Below are positions 25,601 through 37,400 of a stretch of DNA of 64,000 nt, in pieces (the stretch's first letter is position 1; each line of letters opens with the position of its first letter). The notes beneath the pieces were generated by a model. The model was given only the letters and a program-made list of their open reading frames with translations. It had not been told where the DNA came from and did not search any database. The position numbers and the translations under genes were made by a program. This DNA comes from Lingula anatina (taxonomy: Eukaryota > Animalia > Brachiopoda), in assembly GCA_051362555.1 (NCBI GenBank), contig CM120644.1:19490534-19554533 (forward strand). The letters are read 5' to 3'.

Positions 25601-28600
25601 TTTTTCTTTTTCCAGAGTACCCTTACCATGAAAAAGCAGGCAGTGAAAGACAGCACCAAGAGCAGCACTATGTCTTATCCATGTGTACAATACATGATAT
25701 TTGGCAAGATTTAGGACATTGTCAAATAATGTGATAACAACACCCCCTCCCAGAAACCCATTGTAAGGAGTAATCTGCATCTGGCATTGGTAGTAAGGAG
25801 AAATCTTGTATGGGTATATATTGTTTTCCAGATGACAGTTATAGGTAATGTGCAACCTCTTACACAAACAACCTCAATACATCACATTTGCCATTTTCTT
25901 TTAGAATAATTAATACATTGCAATATTGAAATATTTGTTTTGGTTAATTCTCACTTTTCTGATGATGAATTTCCTATAAACGTGACACTTAAAAATTAAC
26001 AGAGACAGCTGATCAGCTTATCACAGGTTTTTATTGTTGTTAGTTATCATTTGTACAAATGTCATAAACATTGGACAAGATTTGACAAAATTATTAATGT
26101 TTAACTATTTTAAATCATTTAATTTGCCCGTCTTTTCAATGTAATTTTCAGTTCTCTCAGTTATATTTTTTCTTTTTCCAGAGTACCCTTACCATGAAAA
26201 AGCAGGCAGTGAAAGACAGCACCAAGAGCAGCACTATGTCTTATCCATGTGTACAATACATGATATTTGGCAATTTTTGGGACATTGTCAAATAATGTGA
26301 TAACAACAACCCCTCCCAGAAACCCATTGTAAGGAGTAATCTGCATCTGGCATTGGTAGTAAGGAGAAGTCTTGTATGGGTAAATATTATTTTCCAGATG
26401 ACAGTTATAGGTAATTTGCAACCTCTTACACAAACAACCTCAAATCATCACATTTGTCGTAATACATACGTAATACAGAGTAAGTAATACATTGCAATAT
26501 TGAAATATTTGTTTTGGTTAATTCTCACTCTTTTGATGATGAATTTCCTATTAACGTGACACTTAAAAAATAACAGAGACAGCTGATCAGCTCATCACAG
26601 ATCTTTATTCTTGTTAATCATCATTTGTACAAATTTCATAAACATTGCAGAAGATTTGACAAAATTATTAATGTTTAACTATTTTAAGGCCTGCGATTTG
26701 CCAGTCTTTTCAACGCAATTTTCAGTTTTCCTAAATATATTGTCCTTAAAAACACTATTCATTAGTCACAGTCAACTGATCAGCTCATCACAGATTTTAA
26801 TTGTTGTAAATTATAATTTGTACAAATTTCATAAACATTGGACAAGATTTGACAAAATTATTAATGTTTAACTATTTTAAATCATTGAATTTTCCAGTCT
26901 TTTCAATGTAATTTTCAGTTTTCCTAAATATATTGTCCTTAAAAATACTATTTATTAAACACAGTCATATGATCAGCTTATCACAGATTTTAATTGTTGT
27001 TAAGCATCATTTGTTTAAATTTCAGAAATATTGAACAAGATTTAACAAAATTATTAATGTTTAACTATTTTAAATCATTGAATTTTCCAGTTTTTTCAAT
27101 GCAATTTTCAGTTTTCCCAAATATAATTTCCCCAAAAAAGCTTTTCTTTAGTCACAGTCAACTGATTAGCTTATCTCAGATTTTCATTCTTGTTAATAAT
27201 CATTTGTTTAAATTTCAGAAATATTGAACAAGATTTGACAAAATTATTAATGTTTTACTATTTAAAGGCCTGAGATTTGTCAGTCTTTTCAATGTAATTT
27301 TCAGTGTTCCAAAATATATTTTCACAAAAAACACTATTCAGTAGATATAGTCAATTGATCAGCTTATCAAATATTTTTATTGTTGTTAAACATCATTTGT
27401 ACAAATTTCAGAAATGTTAGACAAGATTTGACAAAATAATTAACGTTTAACTATTTTAAGTCCTGTGATTTCTCAGTCTTTTCAATGTAATTTTTAGTTT
27501 TCCCGAATATGTATTGTCCTAAAAAACACTTTTCAGTAGATACAGTCAACTGATCAGCTTATCACAGGTTTTTAACGTTGTCAATCATCATTTGTACAAA
27601 TTTCATAAACATTGGACAAGATTTGACAAAATTATTAATGTTTAACTATTTTAAGGCCTGCGATTTCCCAGTCTTTTCAATGCAATTTTCAGTTTTCCCA
27701 AATATATTGTCCCCAAAAAACTCTTTTCATTAGTCACAGTCAACTGATCAGCTTATCACATATTGTTATTCTTGTTAATCATCATTTGTACAAATTTCAT
27801 AAACAATGGACAAGATTTGATAAAATTATTATAGTTTAACTATTTTAAAACATTGAATTTGCCAGTTTTTTCAATGTAATTTTTAGTTTTCCTAAATATA
27901 TTGTCCTTAAAAACACTTTTCATTAAACACAGTTATTTGATCAGCTTATCACAGATTTTTGTTGTTCTTAAGCAGCATTTGTACAAATTTTAGTAATATT
28001 GGCCAAGATTTGACAAAATTATTAATGTTTAACTATTTTAAATCATTGAATTTTCCAGTCTTTTCAATGTAATTTTCAGTTCTCTCAGTATTTTATTCTT
28101 TTTCCAGAGTACCCTTACCATGAAAAAGCAGGCAGTGAAAGACAGAACCAAGAGCAGCACTATGTCTTATCCTTTTGAACAATACATGATATTTGGCAAT
28201 TTTTGGGACATTATCAAATAATGTGATAACAACAACCCCTCCCAGAAATTCATTGTAAGGAGTAATCTGCATCTCGCATTGGTAGTAAGAAGAAGTCTTG
28301 TTTGGATATATATTGTTATCAGATGACAGTTATAGGTAATTTGCAACCTCTTACACAAACAACCTCAAATCATCACATTTGCCGTTTTCTTTTAGAGCAA
28401 GTAATACATTGCAATATTGAAATATTTGTTTTGTTAAAACTCACTCTTCTGATGATGAATTTCCTATAAACGTGACACTTAAAAAATAACAGAGACAGCT
28501 GATCAGCTTATCACAGATTTTTATTCTTGTTAATCATCATTTGTACAAATTTTATAAACATTGGACAAGATTTGACAAAATTATTAATGTTTAACTTTTA

Positions 28601-31600
28601 TAAGGCCTGCGATTTGCCAGTCTTTTCAATGTAATTTTCAGTTTCCCTAAATATATTGTCCCAAAAAAACACTTTTCATTAGTCACAGTCAACTGATCAG
28701 CTTACCACAGATTTTTATTCTTGTTAATCATCATTTGTACAAATTTCAGAAATATTGGACAAGATTTGACAAAATTATTAATGTTTAACTATTTTAAATC
28801 ATTGAATTTGCCAGTCTTTTCAATGCAATTTTCAGTTTCCCCAAATATATTGTCCCCAAAAAGCACTTTTTATTAGTCCCATTAAACTGATCAGCTTATC
28901 ACAGATTTTTATATTTGTTAGTCATCATTTATACAAATTTTATAAACATTGGACAAGATTTGACAAAATTATTAATGTTTAACTATTTTAAATCATTTAA
29001 TTTGCCCGTCTTTTCAATGTAATTTTCAGTTCTCTCAGTTATATTTTTTCTTTTTCCAGAGTACCCTTACCATGAAAAAGCAGGCAGTGAAAGACAGCAC
29101 CAAGAGCAGCACTATGTCTTATCCATGTGTACAATACATGATATTTGGCAATTTTTGGGACATTGTCAAATAATGTGATAACAACCCCTCCCAGAAACCC
29201 ATTGTAAGGAGTAATCTGCATCTGGCATTGGTAGTAAGGAGAAGTCTTGTATGGGTATATATTATTTTCCAGATGACAGTTATAGGTAATTTGCAACCTC
29301 TTACACAAACAATCTCAAATCATCACATTTGCCGTAATACATACGTAATACAGAGTAAGTAATACATTGCAATATTGAAATATTTGTTTTGGTTTATTCT
29401 CACTCTTCTGATGATGAATTTCCTGTAAACGTGACACTTAGAAAATAACAGAGACAGCTGCTCAGCTTATCACAGGTTTTTATTCTTGTTAATTATCATT
29501 TGTACAAATTTTATAGACATTGCAGAAGATTTGACAAAATTATTAATGTTTAACTATTTTAAGGCCTGCAATTTTCCATTTTTTTCAATGCAATTTTCAG
29601 TTTTCCCAAATATAATGTCCCAAAAAAACACTTTTCATTAGTCACAGTCAACTGATCAGCTTATCACAGATTGTTATTCTTGTTAAGCATCATTTGGTCA
29701 AATTTTAGTAATATTGGCCAAGATTTGACAAAATTATTAATGTTTAACTAATTTAAATCATTGGATTTGCCCGTCTTTTCTATGTAATTTTCAGTTTTCT
29801 CAGTTATATATTTTTCTTTTTCCAGAGTACCCTTACCATGAAAAAGCAGGCAGTGAAAGACAGCACCAAGAGCAGCACTATGTCTTATCCATGTGTACAA
29901 TACATGATATTTGGCAATTTTTGGGACATTGTCAAATAATGTGATAACAACAACCCCTCCCAGAAACCCATTGTAAGGAGTAATCTGCATCTGGCATTGG
30001 TAGTAAGGAGAAGTCTTGTATGGGTATATATTATTTTCCAGATGACAGTTATAGGTAATTTGCAACCTCTTACACAAACAATCTCAAATCATCACATTTG
30101 CCGTAATACATACGTAATACAGAGTAAGTAATACATTGCAATATTGAAATATTTGTTTTGGTTAATTCTCACTCTTCTGATGATGAATTTCCTGTAAACG
30201 TGACACTTAGAAAATAACAGAGACAGCTGCTCAGCTTATCACAGGTTTTTATTCTTGTTAATTATCATTTGTACAAATTTTATAGACATTGAACAAGATT
30301 TGACAAAATTATTAATGTTTAACTATTTTAAGGCCTGCAATTTTCCAGTTTTTTCAATGCAATTTTCAGTTTTCCCAAATATAATGTCCCAAAAAAACAC
30401 TTTTCATTAGTCACAGTCAACTGATCAGCTTATCACAGATTGTTATTCTTGTTAAGCATCATTTGGTCAAATTTTAGTAATATTGGCCAAGATTTGACAA
30501 AATTATTAATGTTTAACTAATTTAAATCATTGGATTTGCCCGTCTTTTCTATGTAATTTTCAGTTTTCTCAGTTATATATTTTTCTTTTTCCAGAGTACC
30601 CTTACCATGAAAAAGCAGGCAGTGAAAGACAGCACCAAGAGCAGCACTATGTCTTATCCATGTGTACAATACATGATATTTGGCAAGATTTAGGACATTG
30701 TCAAATAATGTGATAACAACAACCCCTCCCAGAAACCCATTGTAAGGAGTAATCTGCATCTGACATTGGTAGTAAGGAGAAATCTTGTATGGGTATATAT
30801 TGTTTTCCAGATGACAGTTATAGGTAATTTGCAACCTCCTCCACAAACAACTTCAATACATCACATTTGCCATTTTCTTTTAGAGTAAGTAATACACTGC
30901 AATATTGAAATATTTGTTTTGGTTAATTCTCACTCTTCTGATGATGAATTTCCTATAAACGTGACACTTAAAAAATAACAGAGACAGCTGATCAGCTTAT
31001 CACAGGTTTTTATTGTTGTTAGTTATCATTTGTACAAATTTCATAAACATTGGACAAGATTTGACAAAATTATTAATGTTTAACTATTTTAAATCATTGA
31101 ATTTTCCAGTCTTTTCAAGTAATTTTCAGTTTTCCCAAATATAATGTCCCAAAAAAACACTTTTCATTAGTCACAGTCAACTGATCAGCTTATCACAGAT
31201 TGTTATTCTTGTTAAGCATCATTTGGTCAAATTTTAGTAATATTGGCCAAGATTTGACAAAATTATTAATGTTTAACTAATTTAAATCATTGGATTTGCC
31301 CGTCTTTTCTATGTAATTTTCAGTTTTCTCAGTTATATATTTTTCTTTTTCCAGAGTACCCTTACCATGAAAAAGCAGGCAGTGAAAGACAGCACCAAGA
31401 GCAGCACTATGTCTTATCCATGTGTACAATACATGATATTTGGCAAGATTTAGGACATTGTCAAATAATGTGATAACAACACCCCCTCCCAGAAACCCAT
31501 TGTAAGGAGTAATCTGCATCTGACATTGGTAGTAAGGAGAAATCTTGTATGGGTATATATTGTTTTCCAGATGACAGTTATAGGTAATTTGCAACCTCCT

Positions 31601-33360
31601 CCACAAACAACTTCAATACATCACATTTGCCATTTTCTTTTAGAGTAAGTAATACACTGCAATATTGAAATATTTGTTTTGGTTAATTCTCACTCTTCTG
31701 ATGATGAATTTCCTATAAACGTGACACTTAAAAAATAACAGAGACAGCTGATCAGCTTATCACAGGTTTTTATTGTTGTTAGTTATCATTTGTACAAATT
31801 TCATAAACATTGGACAAGATTTGACAAAATTATTAATGTTTAACTATTTTAAATCATTGAATTTTCCAGTCTTTTCAATGTAATTTTCAGTTTTCCCAAA
31901 TATAATGTCCCCAAAAAAGCTTTTCTTTAGTCACAGTCAACTGATTAGATTATCACAGATTTTCATACCTGTTAATAATCATTTGTTGAAATTTCAGAAA
32001 TATTGAACAAGATTTAACAAAATTATTAATGTTTAACTATTTAAAGGCCTGAGATTTGTCAGTCTTTTCAATGTAATTTTCAGTGTTCCAAAATATATTT
32101 TCACAAAAAACACTATTCAGTAGATACAGTCAACTGATCAGCTTATCACAGATTTTTATTGTTGTTAAGCATCATTAGTACAAATTTCAAAAAATATTGG
32201 ACAAAATTTGACAAAATTAATAACGTTTAACTATTTTAAGTCCTGCGATTTCCCAGTCTTTTCAATTTAATTTTTAGTTTTCCCGAATATTTATTGTCTT
32301 TAAAAACACTTTTCAGTACATACAGTCAACTGATCAGCTTATCACAGATTTTTATTGTTGTTAAGCATCATTTGTACAAATTTCAGAAATATTGGACTAC
32401 ATTTGACAAAATTATTAACATTTAACTATTTTAAGTCACTGAACTTCCATTCTTTTCAATGTAATTTTCAGTTCTTTCAGTTATATTGTTCTTGTTCCAG
32501 AGCACCCTTAAAATGAAGAAGCAGGCAGTGAAAGACAGCACCAAGAGCAGCACTATGTCTTATCCATGTGTACAATATATGATATTTGGCAAGATTTAGG
32601 ACATTGTCAACTATTGTGATAACAACAACCCCTTCCAGAAACCCATTGTAAGGAGTAATCTGCATCTGGCATTGGTAGTAATGAGAAGTCTTGTATGGGT
32701 ATATATTGTTTTCAGATGACAGTTATAGGTAATTTGCAACCTCTTAAACAAATAACCTCAAATCATGACATTTGCTGTTTTCTTTTAGAGTAAATAATAC
32801 ATTGCAATATTGAAATATGTTTTGGTTAATTCTCACTCCTCTGATGATCAATTTCCCATAAACTTGACACTTAAAAGAAGACAGACAACTGATCAGCTTA
32901 TCCCAGATTTTTATTGTTGTTAAGCATCATTTGTACAGATTTCATAAACATTGGACAATTTTTTTTTAATTATTAACGTTTAACTATTTTAAGTCATGGA
33001 ATTTTGCATTGTTAATTTTCAGTATAATATTCAGTTTTCTAAAAAAATATTATCCGAAGACAAGACTTTTTATTAGTCACAGTCAAATGATCAGCTTATC
33101 ACAGATTTTTATTGTTGTTATGCATCATTTGTACAAGTTTCAGAAATATTGGACTAGATTTCACAAAATTATTAACGTTTAACTTTTTTACGGCCTGGGA
33201 TTTCCCAGTATTTTCAATGTAATTTTCAGTTTTACCAAATATATTGTTTCAAAAAAATCTTTTCATTAGTCAAAGTCAATGGATAAGTTTACCATAGATT
33301 TTTTATCTTTGTTAAGCATCATTTGTACAAATTTCATAAATATTGGTGAAGATTTGACAA
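19676..33360 (+). repeat. Composite satellite: ~193-bp monomers plus 13 full copies of an exon-like cassette
   Basis: caactgatcagc recurs at 21237, 21431 and 21624; cassette ccagagtaccc at about 20642, 21794, 23137, 23703, 25046, 25612, 26178, 28104, 29056, 29822, 30591, 31351 and 32497; spacings fit about 566+193n. Confidence 0.95.
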
Positions 33361-34295
33361 AATAATATATTATATTTGTATTTTGGTTCGTTTGCAAAGT
33401 CGTCTTTAGAAAATTCGTACATTTTTTCAAGTACATACACCATTAAAAGCTCTTTTACTATTTAAAATTCTCCCTTTGAATGACTTAGTATTTTAGGCTG
33501 GTTTATTATAATCATCAAAAATATTTACAAAAAATCTTAATTTTAGATTAACTTTTTGGATCGAAAAGTACCATAGATCACAGCGATTGTCCCAAGAGAG
33601 GATTGAAGATTAATCCAGCGAACTTTGTAAGTATATTTTTTGGACTTCATTTGAAAAAAAATACATCTGTCTTTTTTAGAAACCACTTTATTTTCCTATT
33701 AAATGTAATTTTCAATGGAAATTAGTCCAGAATAACATAGTTAAAACAAGTTTTGTCTTCCTTTAAATTTCTGTATACTGTCCTTCTAAAATTAACAATA
33801 AAATTTTGAAATGCAGCTGTGGTGAGATTTGACACAAATGATTTTTTAAGATATTTAAGAAATAAGTGATTTTATAGTTCTTTAAAGTGCTATATATCAA
33901 TAATTTTATGTGCCACTTTGAATAAATGGAAATTTGTTGAATCAGTTTTTATAATATTTCAGGTGGTCCTTCAGAGTGGACAAGAAGCAGAAGCAGGCGG
34001 GACCTGCCTAGAAGGGATGGACCTTGTTCTATTTTTTATTTGGTTAGTAAAGTACAATATATGACTGCAATATCATGTTTGTTGTTGATAAACAGATTTA
34101 AGAATATTTCTGTTCAGTGACAGAACAGTCACTGAACAATTTCAGAAAAAGATAATTGTTACTGTTCTTACATGCCATTTACAATTTAAAGATATTTGCA
34201 TATGACTTCAAGTGTAACTCAAAACCTGTCTTTGAAGAATTAATTTAATTTAATTTAATAATAGATTCAATTTAATTGTCTATTGTATTTTTCAG

Positions 34296-35203
34296 CTGAG
34301 GAGACAGTAAAACCCACATCAAGTCAGACATGTCCTTGCAAGAATGGTGTCAAATGTAAGCCAGATCCAGAAACTGGTGGGCTGGTGTGTTTGTGCTTGA
34401 ATAGTAAGTATCTGGGTTAGAAAAACAATTATGATAAAGAAATTGAAAATGTTGTTGTAATTGAGATGAAAACGTGATTTGTGTCAGTAATCAAAAATCA
34501 CAGCAAACACATGACGATTTTAATAGGAAGAGGAAATATAGTTGGTGCCAAGTTGATGATTTTACAAATCAAAAATACATTCATGGAGTTTGTGGAGATG
34601 AAGAAAACCAGGGTTTGCTGTTGTATACTGGCTGTTTATCTTGTGAAATCTACCCAAGTTTATGAATTGGTATTAAAGAAAAATGCAGCATGACTGGCCT
34701 ACATCTGAAATGATGGAGTGATATTTTTGTTTTTATTTTATTTAAAGTCAATATTTTTGTCACTCTGTATTTAAATAAATTTGATCAAATTGGAGACTAT
34801 TATGGGGAATACTGTGTAAAGGAGCCTTCAGCATTCACTGGATGTTCATGTAAGTTGATAGGAGACCACATAATCTTTTTTAACATCCTTTTTGAGGTCA
34901 AATTAAAAAGACTGTATTTTGTTGATTATCATATTTCATAGTAAGTTTCTTTTTAACATTTTGCATCTAAGTAAATTCATCTTATGTCAGTTTTGGTTGT
35001 TCTTGTCCAATAGTGCTGTATGGTATTTTTATCATTGTAAGTAAGTCCCTGTTACTTCTTCCATGAATTATTTCCCTTCCTGATTTGAAACAGCTGCCAT
35101 TGTGGTCCCCATTATACTTGTGGTCATCTTATTAGATCTTATTAGAGATCTTTATTGATGTGTTCCTATTTCTGCCAAGAAGAATCTAAGATTTCTCTCT
35201 CTC

Positions 35204-35248
<45 letters not shown>

Positions 35249-36165
35249 GAATTGTAAGAAAAATTTGTTAAGCCCTCTTAGATGATATCAAATGCATCTT
35301 AGAAAATGAGGTATTTAGTATTAGTCTTTTCTTAAAGGCACAAAAGATATAATTATTGCAGCAATTTTTTCTAAGATTCATTTAATATTTATTATAATCT
35401 TAATCTTTTGGTAATGATATCAAAGGATTCTCCTGCATATTGAAATAGTTGTTGCTAGCTATGATTTCAGTATGAGCAAGGCCCTGCATTCCAGTGGCTG
35501 GGGGTGAGTTCAGACTGGGGCACCTGCAGGAATGGTGACTTTCCATGGAGGAAATGATGTGGCCATCACCACATCAGACTTTGTATATGACAGCTCTGTG
35601 GCACTGAATGGGGTAAACATAGTCACTTATTGTATAGAAATGTGATCAGTAAAAGATTTGAGGGTTTAATTTGGATACTCAATTGAGACAAAAGACAGAA
35701 GATTTGTAACTTTGAAGTTTTCAGTATTTTGCATATATTGTATGTGTATAGCTTCATCTTCTTGTATTTTTTTTGGGGGGTGGTTGTTTGTTTGTTTGTT
35801 TGTTTTTTACAAATTGCCTGCGAAAACATTTTATATTTATGCTTCATTAACTGGAAATTTTCTTTTTATTCATTGGTCTAAAGTGCTCATCTTTTTTCTC
35901 ATAGGATGCAATGGAACCAGACTACAACAAAATGGAGAATTTTGAAGACCACAACAAACCGACCAATTTCTCCAACCCAATGTATGACATTATAATAGGA
36001 TTAGAACCTGCTAATCCCCGTAAAAAGGACATGACCACCCCCACTCACTCCAATGGGGTAGCAGACAACCAGTCATCAGAGATCACAGTCCATAAAGAAC
36101 TCTGTCCTTCAGTAACAGAAAATGACTACAACACTGATGTTTGAGTCACTAATGCAGATTTGTGA
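34296..36165 (+). pseudogene. 3' exons of a megalin/LRP-like receptor (EGF, TM, FxNPxY tail)
   Basis: CPCKNGVKCKPDPETGGLVCLC (34296+), DYYGEYC (~34795), TM AIVVPIILVVILL (35094+, 10-nt duplication at 35126..35145), VTFHGGNDV exon 35471..35611 with TGA at 35505, TNFSNPMYD in the exon from 35905. Confidence 0.8.
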
Positions 36166-36314
36166 GACCAGAGATTTTTTACCATAAAATTCTTGATGAT
36201 CATTCCACAGATGAGGCAAAGCTCAGAGGAAATATATCTCGCACCAAGCAGAAAAGGTGTTTGTAGTTATGATGAAACTTTATTATGAAGTGATATATCA
36301 AACCCATACAAAAT

Positions 36315-36975
36315 ATTTGTTTTTGTGCCACAGCTCAGTCAGTGTAACAGTGGAGTTGATATGAAGATTCCAGATGAAAATCTAAAATAGCACTTTGCAG
36401 TTTGTTTTAATACATTATCCCAGAAATACATCTGTGTTGGCTTCCTTGGTGTACTCAACATTCCAAGAACTTTTGTCTTGGTTCAGAAAAAGGTAGAAGA
36501 TAAATTTATATTTAACAGTATTTCCTTCTGGATTTGAGCTGTACATCATGTGACATTTATATAGACGTCTCCAGATGGGAATTTTATCAATATTTAATAA
36601 GTATTAAAGCTTTAAGGAGGCTGGAAGTTATGTTGAAATTTTAATTCAAAATGTTTGTTTTTGTGACACAGCTCAGTGGAGTTGATATGAAGATTCCAGA
36701 TGAAAATCTAAAATAGCACTTTGCAGTTTGTTTTAATACATTATCCCAGAAATACATCTGTGTTAGTTTCCTTGGTGTACTCAACATTCCAAGAACTTTT
36801 GTCTTGGTTCAGACAAAGGGTAGAAGATAAATTTATATTTTACAGTATACAAGATATGTTGATGCTTTTTCCTTCTGGATTTAAACTATGTGTCATGTGA
36901 CATTTATATAGATGTCTCCAGATGGGAATTATATTAATATTTAATAAATATTAAAGCTGTAAGAAGGCTGGAAGA
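36315..36975 (+). repeat. Two-copy ~330-bp tandem duplication in the LRP-like 3' UTR
   Basis: ggagttgatatgaagattccagatgaaaatc block occurs at ~36352 and ~36678. Confidence 0.9.
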
Positions 36976-37015
36976 AAATTTGTCCCACACCATTGCAACA
37001 TTTACTAAAATATGA

Positions 37016-37400
37016 TTTTTATGTACAGACACCAGGCTGATTCATATGTACATGTTAAATTTGAAAATTTTCTTAATAGGTTTAGCTTTGATGAAGTAAT
37101 GCTGTTTTTTTTTCTTTTGTATATAAGTGATTTTTCCTCAGATTCAGTTCTTAGACATGTTTAAAGTCTCATTATTGAACTTATAACATACTTAAATGTG
37201 TTCTTTTGATGTTTTCTGCATCTTAATTTTGTTAGTTGATAGTAGAAAAATGATGGTAAATCAATTACCGTGCATTGTGAAATAAATAGTCAAAAGGGAA
37301 ATAAAATTATATCAGTGCAGTTTGTCAGATTCAATCCTTCACTGTGTTCAGAATCTCAGAATGGAGCAAATCTGATATTTAAAATTGTTCAATTGATGTA
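37016..37400 (+). mobile_element. Degenerate HINE relative
   Basis: tttttatgtacagacac 5' end as at 12433; downstream similarity to 13460..13750. Confidence 0.6.

Larger units (their letters stand above)
1..33360. repeat. Segmental duplication unit 1 (part with a visible paralog)
   Basis: Colinear with 44046..64000: attatcatcaatatctgataagtaaacc at 1 matches attatcagcattatctgataggtgaacc at 44046; same order of ZNF, HEATR3 fragment, CBM20 gene, 62-bp minisatellite and satellite; roughly 90% identity by eye. Confidence 0.95.

Noticed and set aside
21075-27227. Plus-strand MLIIICTNF ORFs
   Set aside because: Chance frames through satellite monomers starting at TTG.
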